A DNA stretch of 64,000 nucleotides from an uncultured virus (IMG/VR IMGVR_UViG_3300035423_000032). Taxonomy: Duplodnaviria; Heunggongvirae; Uroviricota; Caudoviricetes. Where the stretch lies: positions 1 to 64,000 of IMG/VR virus record IMGVR_UViG_3300035423_000032. One strand, given 5' to 3'. Below the pieces are notes generated by a model. It saw nothing but the letters and a program-made list of their open reading frames with translations, was not told where the DNA came from and searched no databases. Shown in pieces: positions 48,116 to 57,405 of this stretch. The translations under genes and the position numbers were made by a program. The number at the start of each line of letters is the position of its first letter. Within the stretch, counting starts at the first letter, position 1.

Positions 48116-48319
48116 TTACAATTCCTCTAAATACCCGATAAGTTCGTCCGCCGAGCAGTCACCTTCCAAGTAAGCAATTACCTCTATGATTCTGTCATCG
48201 CCCAAATCGACACCCATTTTTTCAAGCTCGGTATTAAGTTTTAAATTTAATTCCCTTTGCTTTTCTGCGTTTTTAGCAATGCAATTTGCAATATCTTTAA
48301 CTTTTTGTGATACTTTCAC
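48116..48319 (-). CDS. Hypothetical protein
   Basis: Operon packing. Confidence 0.6.
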   Translation of the reverse strand: MKVSQKVKDIANCIAKNAEKQRELNLKLNTELEKMGVDLGDDRIIEVIAYLEGDCSADELIGYLEEL

Positions 48320-48498
48320 TTTCTTGCCTTCCTTTGCTTTTTTCGGGTCTGTCGAGCAACCTTGTTCCGCTTATGGCGTTTGTTCTTAATTTTTGCAATG
48401 TGAGGACCTTTGGTATAAGGTCTTGATTTGCGCTGTTCGGGGAATCTGAAATTATCAAATATTCCGTCCGAATAAATATGATTTCCGAGTATAAACAT
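48316..48498 (-). CDS. Small basic hypothetical protein
   Basis: Operon packing; K/R-rich. Confidence 0.55.
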   Translation of the reverse strand: MFILGNHIYSDGIFDNFRFPEQRKSRPYTKGPHIAKIKNKRHKRNKVARQTRKKQRKARK

Positions 48499-48506
48499 TC
48501 TGCTTC

Positions 48507-48746
48507 CTATCTATCGCTCTTATAAATTTTTAGTAGTTTTCGTTTTAACTTTTTAGGCATAGGCATTTTTAGTATTTCTTCCATCGGGGTACCGTGGCGG
48601 TAATGCCACTCAATGTCGTTCACTTGACGTTGCTTTTTTTGAATGTCTTTGAGTTGACTATCAAGTATCAGTAACACCAAAAGACATATTAGAACGCCCA
48701 GTATCAGGCTCGCCATAATAAGTCCGAGAATTGAAAATACGTTCAT
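48507..48746 (-). CDS. Small membrane-anchored protein
   Basis: N-terminal TM segment. Confidence 0.55.
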   Translation of the reverse strand: MNVFSILGLIMASLILGVLICLLVLLILDSQLKDIQKKQRQVNDIEWHYRHGTPMEEILKMPMPKKLKRKLLKIYKSDR

Positions 48747-48933
48747 TGCCTGCCTTTCCTATCAAATTCACGAATTGCTTTGACTTGTGTTTGTAGATAA
48801 TCAAAGCATTCGTTCTCTCGCCGCAATACTCTTTAACCTTTCCGTTATCGAGAAGTACGGTATCAAAATTCCTTCTCATAGAAAGCCGTTTGAGCTTTCG
48901 CTTTTTTCTGTCTAAGTTAAATTTGTTAGCCAT
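48661..48933 (-). CDS. Hypothetical protein
   Basis: Coupled to the upstream stop. Confidence 0.5.
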   Translation of the reverse strand: MANKFNLDRKKRKLKRLSMRRNFDTVLLDNGKVKEYCGERTNALIIYKHKSKQFVNLIGKAGNERIFNSRTYYGEPDTGRSNMSFGVTDT

Positions 48934-49538
48934 TAGGTATTACCCTTTACTCTCCGTATGACATTTGTGTCGTAGCCGCTATCGACAAACTTTTCGCAAA
49001 GCGGGCGGTTGATTCCGTTGCCGAGATAGGTGTATATGTACAACCATTCTTCCTGAGTGAATTTCGTCCCTAAGTACTGGTTGATCCCTTCGCGCATTCT
49101 GGTTTGAAAAGCAATATTCTTCTCTATGCTTTTCTTGCTGCGGTTTCCGTAAGGTTCGGACTTACTTGCCGCGCGGGAAATCTGCTCTATAATTTTGCAC
49201 CGCAGTGTAGTTAGGCTCGTTATGGAACTTAATCCAAAATAGGTGTTTGAGTCACGGTCCAGTATCAGCTCATTTGACGAGTTAATGAAACTGCCGGGGA
49301 ATAACCGCATAAACCACAAAATAGCCGCCGCGACTGTTACAGGGTCTTTATCGTTCAATTTTGCTTTTACGGATTCAAACTTATGGAATTTGATTATCTC
49401 GGCTGCACAATAAGGACAGTATTTGTAGGGCATTGTCCGCCCTGCGTGAACTTCTACCGTTCCGCACGCCGAGCATTTCCAAGTAGAACCTAAGTCCTTT
49501 TCAAGTATCTCTGTTTGTGTGTATTCGCAAGTTTTCAT
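48933..49538 (-). CDS. Zn-ribbon + conserved phage domain protein
   Basis: CSACG...YCPYC; N.YLGT.F...IYTYLGNGIN..L..KF..SGYD. Confidence 0.75.
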   Translation of the reverse strand: MKTCEYTQTEILEKDLGSTWKCSACGTVEVHAGRTMPYKYCPYCAAEIIKFHKFESVKAKLNDKDPVTVAAAILWFMRLFPGSFINSSNELILDRDSNTYFGLSSITSLTTLRCKIIEQISRAASKSEPYGNRSKKSIEKNIAFQTRMREGINQYLGTKFTQEEWLYIYTYLGNGINRPLCEKFVDSGYDTNVIRRVKGNT

Positions 49539-50029
49539 AATGTTGTTTCTCCCTTTAATTCTCTCTCAGCATCTTCGTAGGTTTTAAAAATATCAGCCTG
49601 CTTGCGTCGTATTGTTTCGCCGTAAAGCGTGTAGGAAATTGCGTGTTTGCCTGCGTGAACCTGTCTTATCTTCTCGCTTGAAATGACCTTTGAATCGTTC
49701 ATGCGACGCAGTATGTAAACGTGTTCGCCAACTTTGAATTTTGGCTCATTACTTACCATTTCAAAGCGTGTAGGAATTACACAAGGTTCAACTATTCTAA
49801 TCCCGTAATACTCAAACGGTCTTGGTGTTCTTGGCTCAATTTCCATATCTAACCCCATTACCTTTGGTTTAATATGCGGGATATATTTTTGGCTATCCTT
49901 AACGATTTCCTTTTGTAATTCTTCCGTTACTGCGTTAAAAAGTTCGTCCTTAATCGCAAGTATAAGATTTTGAAATTCTTCTTCGGTAAGTTCGATTTTT
50001 CCGTTTGCGTTCTTGGTTAAAGTAATCAT
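49535..50029 (-). CDS. Hypothetical protein
   Basis: Overlap packing; KFKVGE.VY motif. Confidence 0.65.
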   Translation of the reverse strand: MITLTKNANGKIELTEEEFQNLILAIKDELFNAVTEELQKEIVKDSQKYIPHIKPKVMGLDMEIEPRTPRPFEYYGIRIVEPCVIPTRFEMVSNEPKFKVGEHVYILRRMNDSKVISSEKIRQVHAGKHAISYTLYGETIRRKQADIFKTYEDAERELKGETTL

Positions 50030-50517
50030 AAATTGCTATTTACCTTGAAATATTTATTGATAACTTTTATTGCTTGGGCTACGCCGTGGCAAACCGTAGC
50101 GTAATAGCCTTGCTTGTTCAGATATTCTATCCATTCAAGTTGTTCGGGTGTTGGCTTGGCTTTCTCGTCCCTTTTTAGTTCAATATAAAGTCCGTGGTAG
50201 CCATTAAGCGGTGTAGGAAAGCTCAAGTCGGGGAAACCCGGACGCATTCCGAGCTTTTTAAGTCTGCCGCCATAAGACTTCGACCTCTGTCCTTCGTTTG
50301 GGATATGTACGACTGTGATTTTGCAGAGCTGACAATACTGAATTACCGCTTCCTGAACTTCATCCTCGGTTACTCTCTGCCCAGCAACCTTTTTAGGTGC
50401 AGCCTTTGATTTTTTTGTACTCTCGCCTATCGGCGGAACCTTAAAGTAATCGCACTCGGTACTGCCGAAGTTGCAACCTTTTTTATATTCTGAGCACCGC
50501 TCGTTGGCGCATTTCAT
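50026..50517 (-). CDS. VRR-NUC nuclease
   Basis: HIPNEG, G.PD, IELK, Q..W...L...GY motifs; ATG at 50517 preferred over track TTG at 50553. Confidence 0.88.
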   Translation of the reverse strand: MKCANERCSEYKKGCNFGSTECDYFKVPPIGESTKKSKAAPKKVAGQRVTEDEVQEAVIQYCQLCKITVVHIPNEGQRSKSYGGRLKKLGMRPGFPDLSFPTPLNGYHGLYIELKRDEKAKPTPEQLEWIEYLNKQGYYATVCHGVAQAIKVINKYFKVNSNL

Positions 50518-50723
50518 TAGACCACTTTCTCCCAGTAGAAGTTTCTTTCGCAAGCGGCTTTTGCATCTTTAAGCGTTTCTTTATGAAAAGCGAATGTGTT
50601 ATAACCAACGCTGGCCGTATAACGCACTTCCCATCTGCTACGCTCTTTCCAAATCACAAATGTGCCTTTCTTACCTTTCGCCTCGTAACTACCGTCGTCT
50701 TTCTTTTTCCTCTGAAAAGTCCG

Positions 50724-51155
50724 TCAACCATTCGTGCCGTCCCCCAACCGCAGTTGTTTGTTTACGAAAAGCTGGTACACAGTTTCGCCAGTCGCAAGGT
50801 TATTAAGCATGTAGGGGAAGAAAATCTCGCTCATTGTAACCATTTCGCTTTCGAGAATTGCCATTTGAGCGTCGATCCAGTCTTTTACAATTCGCCACGC
50901 TGTCATTTCCGCCTGTGCATAGTTCGCACCTGACACCTTTTGTTTCTGTAATACCAGCAAGACCTTTTCGACATTCGCGGGCAAGCGCACAGCCTGTACC
51001 CCAAACGGCGTGTCGATTTCAAAGCAAACGGCAACGACCTTTCCGTTGTCGTAATCGTGAGCAACGCGCCTTGCGCCGTGCTCGGCTAAAATTCCGCTTA
51101 TTTCGCTGATTGTTTTGTATGCGCTGACTTTTGTCGTGTAATTTTTAATAGGCAT
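50724..51155 (-). CDS. Conserved phage hypothetical protein
   Basis: NYTT...EI...L..HGA...AWRI.KDW..AQ...F.PY. Confidence 0.8.
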   Translation of the reverse strand: MPIKNYTTKVSAYKTISEISGILAEHGARRVAHDYDNGKVVAVCFEIDTPFGVQAVRLPANVEKVLLVLQKQKVSGANYAQAEMTAWRIVKDWIDAQMAILESEMVTMSEIFFPYMLNNLATGETVYQLFVNKQLRLGDGTNG

Positions 51156-51180
51156 AAATTCCTCTCTTTTTTGTGTTTTC

Positions 51181-51203
51181 TCTCACACCGCAAGGGTGTG
51201 AGA
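51181..51203. promoter_or_regulatory. DGR target-recognition hairpin downstream of VR2
   Basis: TCTCACACC-gcaag-GGTGTGAGA, perfect 9-bp stem, 2 nt beyond the stop codon. Confidence 0.8.
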
Positions 51204-51205
51204 TT

Positions 51206-51973
51206 TTAGATACCGATTTGGAAATGGGGGCGAAGGTAATCCCCGTCGTCCGCGTAGTCGTAGATCGCAAACCCGCTGCTGCTCACACCGCAGAAGTACT
51301 CAGCCGAGGCAACCGAGCGAGTCCACTGCCATCTGCCGTACTCTCCGTCACGGCAACCCGCAATGCGGTTGCGCCAGTCCTCTTTATAGAGTTCAAACTG
51401 TTCGCCCTCCTCGTACATTGCATGAATCTTTCTGCCGTGCAATTCAAACTCCGACGGAATGAATACTTTGTCTTCCAAGAATTCTCCGTTGCCTACGTCA
51501 ATTTTGGTCGGAATTATGTATTTTGCAAGGTCGTCGGGTAGCAACGCAAGGAAGTCTTCGTTGAGCCACTTGCGAGCAAGTGTCTTTGCATATCCCCCTT
51601 TAGTGGTACAACTTTTGTTCATTGCAATTCGCCCGTCGCCGTCGTTTGTACCATACAAATCTAAAAGATTAAGAATAACCGCGTTGTCTTTTCTGTGAGT
51701 AATTTGTACCGTATAAAACTCACCGTTTTTTAAGGTAATATTCTTTTTTGCGCCTAAACCTAAAGCCTTTCCACTCTTAGTTTTTAAAATCTCAATAATC
51801 TCGTCCCAACTCTTACTGTTAAGGTCTATGGCAATAGCGGGTAGTGGATGGTTTACCTCTATGAGCTTACTGCAGGTAGGACACTTTATTGCTGGGATAA
51901 TATCCGACTCGTCAAATTCCATTGCTGTAAGACAGCCATTACATGTTGTTACATTCCCTGTGATTACTTTCAT
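51206..51973 (-). CDS. DGR target 2 (remote): N-terminal Zn ribbon + CLec-like (DUF6273-like) variable domain
   Basis: CNGC...CPTC; GGYAKT, KVFIPSEFE and WTRSVASAEYFC...YLRPHF, the last carrying VR2. Confidence 0.92.
   Translation of the reverse strand: MKVITGNVTTCNGCLTAMEFDESDIIPAIKCPTCSKLIEVNHPLPAIAIDLNSKSWDEIIEILKTKSGKALGLGAKKNITLKNGEFYTVQITHRKDNAVILNLLDLYGTNDGDGRIAMNKSCTTKGGYAKTLARKWLNEDFLALLPDDLAKYIIPTKIDVGNGEFLEDKVFIPSEFELHGRKIHAMYEEGEQFELYKEDWRNRIAGCRDGEYGRWQWTRSVASAEYFCGVSSSGFAIYDYADDGDYLRPHFQIGI
51226..51308 (-). repeat. Variable repeat VR2
   Basis: 70/83 identical to TR 1461-1543; all 13 mismatches at TR adenines. Confidence 0.95.
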
Positions 51974-52944
51974 AAATTCTCCTTGTTAAAGTAAATTTCC
52001 CTTATTGTTTTTCCGTCCTTGCGCGGCACATAGTCCATGAATTCGCAAGTTCGGAATAGAATTCTGTTGTTGCACCACCGTTGCAAATCTCTTATGATTT
52101 GCGGGGCGGTATTTTTGCGGTAAATTCTTATGTCGGGCAAAAAACCCAGTTTTCTCACAGCTTGCACACGGTAAAGGTCTTGCTCTATCGTTGTGTTGAA
52201 ATTTGTTAGTATGTAAACGATTTGCTTACTGTCGCCACCACCAACAATCTCTTTGTAAACCGAAAGACCTTTAATGATTGCCTTTTCGTTTTTCATAAAG
52301 TCGAAAGCGAAGTGCGTCCGCTTTGCCTTAATCTTTTTTAAGAGGTCGGCAACTTCTCGCGTAATAAATCTCGCATCGAGTCCTTGGTTGAAATTCACGT
52401 TCGCCTTACTATCTGCGAGCTGTTGCAGAAGTTCCATTCGGTCTTTGCAAGCAAGCAGGTTTGCGTCAAGCAGTTCAATATTTTTCTGCCCTTTCCAAAA
52501 CTCTGACAAATCAGCAACCTTTTGACTGCATATTCCCTCTTTCTTGCTCACAATGCAGAAGTCACAGTTGTTACAGCAACCCCGTGTAAGAAAGCCGTAA
52601 GCGGTATCCTTAGTGAGTTCGGGGTATAGACTGTAATCGGGGTAAATGTGTTCTATCTCGTCGGGTAGCACGGGGTCGCGGTCTTTATGGTAAACTTCTT
52701 TTCCGTTCTCAACCGTTATTGCAAAACCAGTTCCGCCGTAAACTATTTCGTCGGCTTGTAAGCAGGAAATCGGCATTTCCGAATACTCGTCGCCAAAAAC
52801 CTTGCTGACATAGATTTTGTCGTAATGTTTTAAAGGCAATACAAACTCTACCGAATCGCCACGCGCCTTGTGCCACGCTGATATTTTCATTAAGGGCAGG
52901 TTCGGGAAGTTATGACTATCAACGTCGAATAAACCGATATTCAT
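51970..52944 (-). CDS. Radical SAM protein
   Basis: RGCCNNCDFC (CxxxCxxC); PNLPLMKIS and QGLD.R motifs. Confidence 0.88.
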   Translation of the reverse strand: MNIGLFDVDSHNFPNLPLMKISAWHKARGDSVEFVLPLKHYDKIYVSKVFGDEYSEMPISCLQADEIVYGGTGFAITVENGKEVYHKDRDPVLPDEIEHIYPDYSLYPELTKDTAYGFLTRGCCNNCDFCIVSKKEGICSQKVADLSEFWKGQKNIELLDANLLACKDRMELLQQLADSKANVNFNQGLDARFITREVADLLKKIKAKRTHFAFDFMKNEKAIIKGLSVYKEIVGGGDSKQIVYILTNFNTTIEQDLYRVQAVRKLGFLPDIRIYRKNTAPQIIRDLQRWCNNRILFRTCEFMDYVPRKDGKTIREIYFNKENL

Positions 52945-53576
52945 TAACTTTCGTCCTTTTTATTTCCGAGCAGTAAGGTTAAACCGTTTGCACCTGCCAG
53001 TTTCAAAAACTGTTCCGATGCTTGTCTGTTCTTTAAGGTTTCTTTTATACGGGGCATTGCTTTTAAAAATCTGCCCTTTTCAAATACCCTGCTTTCGTTG
53101 TCCATTGCCGCAATTTCTCTCAACCCCGATATGTTTACACAATAGGCTTTAATTTCTTCCGACAGCTCGGACCAGATTTTACTCAACTTTGCCGTTCCGC
53201 GCCGATAGCTTTCGTCGCCGTACCTCAAATCACAGCTTGCGTCGTGAGTTTCATACAATACGCTTACTAACTCTGCCCAAAGTTCTTCGTCGGTCTTTTT
53301 GTTCGCGTTTACGAGCTTATCCACCTCGTCAAGAATGTTCTTTATTTTGGGTGCAAAGTCGGACGTTTTTATTGCATTACTGACAGATTGGAATACTACC
53401 TCTCGCGGGTAATCTTTCAAAGTGTCGTACCAGTAAGCAATAAGCAACCTGCCTTCTTCTTCGCTTTGAAAATTGTACGCATTCTCAAAGTTTGTTCTTA
53501 TGAGCATTATGAGCTGAGGAATATCTGTTTTTTTAAGGTTTGCCATCGTTGTTTTCTGTACCGTCGTCGTCCGCAT
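52944..53576 (-). CDS. G39P-like helicase loader/inhibitor (start may be 53546)
   Basis: W...LKDYP...V......I..S.FAP.I..I; follows the replication initiator. Confidence 0.7.
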   Translation of the reverse strand: MRTTTVQKTTMANLKKTDIPQLIMLIRTNFENAYNFQSEEEGRLLIAYWYDTLKDYPREVVFQSVSNAIKTSDFAPKIKNILDEVDKLVNANKKTDEELWAELVSVLYETHDASCDLRYGDESYRRGTAKLSKIWSELSEEIKAYCVNISGLREIAAMDNESRVFEKGRFLKAMPRIKETLKNRQASEQFLKLAGANGLTLLLGNKKDES

Positions 53577-54381
53577 CTTCTTCTGCGGCGGCTTGGTTAA
53601 ATAGGTTTTTTAATATATCAGTACCACACTCTCGCGCTGCACCTTTACCTTTCTTCGTGGAAGGGTTCTCTTTAAAGTCGTTATAATAACCTGTAAGAAT
53701 TTTCTTATAGTTCTTACAAATCCACCCAAGGTTTTTTGCGAAAGGTCTGTCCTGTAAGAATGTTTTGCTGTCTTCATAGAATTGAGCAAGTAAGGTAAAG
53801 TCTATATCTGAAACTGTACCGTCATACCCGTCAACTGTTATGTTGAACCTTTCGCAAAACTCTTTCATTCCCACAATCTCGTCGCCTATACGCGCGGGCA
53901 TAATATCTATATCTTCATCTGCATCTCTATCTGCCTCTATTGGAATTTGGTTTGAATTTGGTTGTAATTTTTCCAACCCGTCCCCTGTTCCAAGTTCAGC
54001 ATTTTGTTTCTGTCTTCGCTTATAAACGTTGTTATATGTTTCACTTCCGATTGAACCTGCGGCTTGCGGCAAGAACCCGTCGCCGTCATTTTTTTCAATT
54101 AAAAGCCCTTGTATCCGAAGATAATTTATCGTTACGCGAACGTTTTCTTCGTCTTCGTCCAGCTTGTTAGCCATTTCAGCTTCAAACGTTTCTTCGATTC
54201 CCTCGTAGATTAAATATCCGTTACACTCAATACTTAAAAGCATAAGTTTCAAGTAGATAATCGTGTATGTATCTCCGCCTGCAATACGGCGCAACTTCTT
54301 AATGCGCGCGTCGCGGAAAAAGTGTCTGTCGAGCTTTAACCAGTAGTACCTTTTGTTGTTAATCTCGTTTCCGTGTGCCAT
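53533..54381 (-). CDS. Phage replisome organiser/replication initiator
   Basis: YYWLKL...FF....IKKLR...GGDTYTIIYLKLMLLS. Confidence 0.9.
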   Translation of the reverse strand: MAHGNEINNKRYYWLKLDRHFFRDARIKKLRRIAGGDTYTIIYLKLMLLSIECNGYLIYEGIEETFEAEMANKLDEDEENVRVTINYLRIQGLLIEKNDGDGFLPQAAGSIGSETYNNVYKRRQKQNAELGTGDGLEKLQPNSNQIPIEADRDADEDIDIMPARIGDEIVGMKEFCERFNITVDGYDGTVSDIDFTLLAQFYEDSKTFLQDRPFAKNLGWICKNYKKILTGYYNDFKENPSTKKGKGAARECGTDILKNLFNQAAAEEDADDDGTENNDGKP

Positions 54382-54508
54382 ACACACCTCAAAATTCGTT
54401 ATTTGGTCGCGGGAAATGCCCCTTTTTCGCGTTTTTCAGCGGACCGCGACTATTTACCCGCCAAAACCCTTCGTGTCGTAAAGGGGCATTTAAACGCTTA
54501 GTTGTTGA

Positions 54509-55612
54509 TTAGTTCTTCTTGTTGAAAAAGGCATCTTCAACGGTCTGCTGACCTTTGGTAGATTTGCCTGTTTTCTTGCCTTTCGCCGGGGACTGCTCTG
54601 CGCCGTCGGTTTCCGAACCACTTTCTTCGTCTTCGTTGTCAACGCCTGCTCTCTCAGCCATAGCCGCGATTTCTTCGTCGTTGGGTTCGCCGTCGATAAC
54701 GATAACGTCGCCAAGGCTTTCTTCGTTCTCGTTTCTGCTGTCGGAATAATGAATAGGCGCGTCGGGTGAAAGTTCTTCTCTGAAACCGCCGTCCGATTCG
54801 TATGCTTTCTGGAAGTCAACGGACATTACGCCCCATTTACCGATAAGCTGGCGAATCATAGTCTTTCTCGCCATTCCGTCGAAATCAACGTACCAGAAAG
54901 AGCTGTACTTCCAAGCGTCTTCGGGCGGATATTTACCTGCAAGGTAGTCTTCATATGATACACGCGCAACCTTGGGGTTGTTTGACTTAACCGCGTCGAG
55001 CTTGAATGCCTTGCTGTATCTTGCAGCGTGCCGTAACATTTTCTTCTTTGACCAGTAGATAGCCTTGAAGAAACCGCCGTGCGCTGCGTTGTAACGGAAG
55101 AATGCGTAATAGCCGACTGTGGGAGTCTTCTCGCGCTGTTCGTCGTCTTCAATGGGTCTGAATTCATAAACTTCGTTTATGTTGTCGATTTTTACGACTT
55201 CGCCCTCTTTGATTTCAACGACGTTTAACTGCTCGTAATAGCCCGACCTTTCCGCAAGCTGTACATAACCTTTCCAGCCAAGGACGAAAGTTGCAACCGT
55301 GCGGTCATTCTTCTTGTCCTCGAAAGGTAATATGTAGCAGTGCCCGATAGAAGGCGACATAGAGAGCTTTAAGGCGTTTGCCAAAAGTCCTGCGCTTACA
55401 ACCGTCGGGAAGTCGCATTTCTGCAACTGGGGATTGACCGCTACTGCCGAGGAAATGCTACTTATAAACTTTCCCGCCTCGTTCTCGTTACCTATCATTG
55501 AAACGATAGAGTTCTTGTTTTCAACCTTCTGCAACCACGCCGAGAAACGCTTGGGCTGTTCCTGCGGGGCGGGTTGCTGTTGAAGACTTGTTAAAGTGTT
55601 CTTACCTGCCAT
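54509..55612 (-). CDS. recT: RecT-family recombinase
   Basis: L..C...L....GHCYILPF, GWKGYVQLA.RSG and MARKT.IRQL..KWG.MS motifs. Confidence 0.92.
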   Translation of the reverse strand: MAGKNTLTSLQQQPAPQEQPKRFSAWLQKVENKNSIVSMIGNENEAGKFISSISSAVAVNPQLQKCDFPTVVSAGLLANALKLSMSPSIGHCYILPFEDKKNDRTVATFVLGWKGYVQLAERSGYYEQLNVVEIKEGEVVKIDNINEVYEFRPIEDDEQREKTPTVGYYAFFRYNAAHGGFFKAIYWSKKKMLRHAARYSKAFKLDAVKSNNPKVARVSYEDYLAGKYPPEDAWKYSSFWYVDFDGMARKTMIRQLIGKWGVMSVDFQKAYESDGGFREELSPDAPIHYSDSRNENEESLGDVIVIDGEPNDEEIAAMAERAGVDNEDEESGSETDGAEQSPAKGKKTGKSTKGQQTVEDAFFNKKN

Positions 55613-55634
55613 AATGATTTATTCTCCTTAATTT

Positions 55635-56426
55635 TTAGTCTTCGATTTTTCTGTACTCAATGTTGTTTTCATTGAGGAATGCAGCCAGTTTCTGGAAGTC
55701 TTCCGCCGAACCCTTAACTTCAAAACGAATGGTGATTTCGGTTTCTTCGCTGTCGCTGTTTTCGGCTCTCTGCGCCGCGTTCAACTCTGCGACCTTAGCG
55801 CGGTCTTCTTTAAGCCTTTTGTTTTCTTCTATTGTCTGCGCCAAATTCAGAGTGCGGAAGTAGAAAAGTTTCAAGCCGTCGGTATCTGCTGCGCCGAGCG
55901 AGTCAATAACTGTTAAGTCCTCGCGGATCTTACCTACTTTTTCGTCAATAGCCTTTGCTGTTGCCTTGAATTTTGAAGTAGCGTTGTACCACTTGGTGTC
56001 TTCGATTTTCTCGTAAGGCACAAGGTCTGCAAGGTCGCCGATAACTTCGTTGAAGTACTTGACTATCTCGGCTTTCTTTTCCGCTTTCGCCTTATTGTCG
56101 TGAGTGGTAATAATTTCGCCGATTCTGTCTGTTGCTTGCTTGACGGCGGCGATTACTTCTTTTACTTGCTCTGTGAATTTGTCGAGCGGTCCGCTGTAAA
56201 TCTTTTTAATTTCCAGTCGTTTCTCGTCGAGCGATTTAATCCAAGCGTTAAGTGCTGCCCTGTCCTCTTTTGCTTGGGTTATATCCTCGTCGGTATAAAC
56301 CAAGTTCATGTAGCGCGGTAAAATCTCATTTTGCACACGTTCCAAAAGTTCTTCGTTGTTCCACGCTATCATTGCGGGAATCATTTTTGCTACGTCATCT
56401 TTTATAATGACTTCAAGCTGTTCCAT
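55635..56426 (-). CDS. DUF1351-like coiled-coil protein
   Basis: WN.EEL...AK.DRA.LN...LD..R.EIKK....P...F; between YqaJ and RecT. Confidence 0.8.
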   Translation of the reverse strand: MEQLEVIIKDDVAKMIPAMIAWNNEELLERVQNEILPRYMNLVYTDEDITQAKEDRAALNAWIKSLDEKRLEIKKIYSGPLDKFTEQVKEVIAAVKQATDRIGEIITTHDNKAKAEKKAEIVKYFNEVIGDLADLVPYEKIEDTKWYNATSKFKATAKAIDEKVGKIREDLTVIDSLGAADTDGLKLFYFRTLNLAQTIEENKRLKEDRAKVAELNAAQRAENSDSEETEITIRFEVKGSAEDFQKLAAFLNENNIEYRKIED

Positions 56427-56451
56427 AGAAATCTCCTTATATTTTTTTTAT

Positions 56452-57138
56452 TTATATCGGGGGTAATTTAAGTGGCGGTTCTTTTTTTGCTATCACATAT
56501 TGCCAGAATTCGTCTTCCGCCTTTTCAAGCACTTTGATACTTTCTTCTTCTTCACTGCGTTCAAACTTATATTCTCGTTCCGTGATAACAAGTTTTTTCT
56601 TGCCATTCTCGTCGAGCGAATAACTTTTAAAGCGCACCTTTAATATGTAAAAGTCCCAGCCTGTCGTACTCAGATAATGAAGTATTTGACAGTAATAGTA
56701 GTCTGGTATTTTGTCGTCCCACTGCTCCCAAGCCTTTCGGCTGTTCGGCTCAGTATGCTTGATTTCAAGTCCACCCTTGCGCCCGGTGGCTTTTTCAATA
56801 AGCCCACCGTCAACCGATGCGAATCGGTGTCCGCGTTTGAATACTGTGTCCTTATAGTCAACGAATTCATATTCGTCCGCATGCTCAATAGCGAATAACT
56901 GTGCAATAGGGTCTTCCGCCAAAGAACCTTCTTCCATTCGTTTGTTGGTTTTAAATGACGACTGCACCAAGCCAACCTTTTCTTTCCAAAGGTCTGTGTT
57001 CTTTTTCCAAGGGCTTAACCCAAGAACCGCCGCCGCGTCGCTACCGCCTATCCCTTTTGTGCGAAGCGCGTACCATTCGGGCGACTTATATTTGATTTTT
57101 AATTCTTCAACTACCTTTTCCATTTCTTTACCTGACAC
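56452..57138 (-). CDS. YqaJ-family (lambda-exo-like) exonuclease
   Basis: W...R.KGIGGSD, ASVDG, LEIK and P.YY..Q..HY motifs. Confidence 0.92.
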   Translation of the reverse strand: MSGKEMEKVVEELKIKYKSPEWYALRTKGIGGSDAAAVLGLSPWKKNTDLWKEKVGLVQSSFKTNKRMEEGSLAEDPIAQLFAIEHADEYEFVDYKDTVFKRGHRFASVDGGLIEKATGRKGGLEIKHTEPNSRKAWEQWDDKIPDYYYCQILHYLSTTGWDFYILKVRFKSYSLDENGKKKLVITEREYKFERSEEEESIKVLEKAEDEFWQYVIAKKEPPLKLPPI

Positions 57139-57395
57139 GCAATTCCAGCGCTTTCGGCTTCCATAAGTCCGTAATTGTGCCAGAATTCATCCCACCATTC
57201 GGTTGAAAGTCCACCCTTTGAAAAGTGCTCAAAGGCTCTATGCGGTGCTTGGTTAGCTATATAATCAAGGCTCTTGTGCCTTGCTTCAATGGCGGTATAT
57301 ACCGCACTACTGATAGGCTTTCTTCTTGTTTTAATCTTAATGGTGGGCTGCTTGATTATTTTTACAAAAATTATTTGAAACATTGTTTTGCTCAC
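57111..57395 (-). CDS. Hypothetical protein
   Basis: Fills the gap in the operon; weak SD. Confidence 0.45.
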   Translation of the reverse strand: MSKTMFQIIFVKIIKQPTIKIKTRRKPISSAVYTAIEARHKSLDYIANQAPHRAFEHFSKGGLSTEWWDEFWHNYGLMEAESAGIACQVKKWKR

Positions 57396-57405
57396 TTGAA
57401 AGTTT

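Noticed and set aside
3209..51180. Further VR copies
   Set aside because: No additional SAEYFC/YLRP peptide or GTACTCAGCCGAG match found by eye; a BLASTN of TR against the full genome is needed to exclude them
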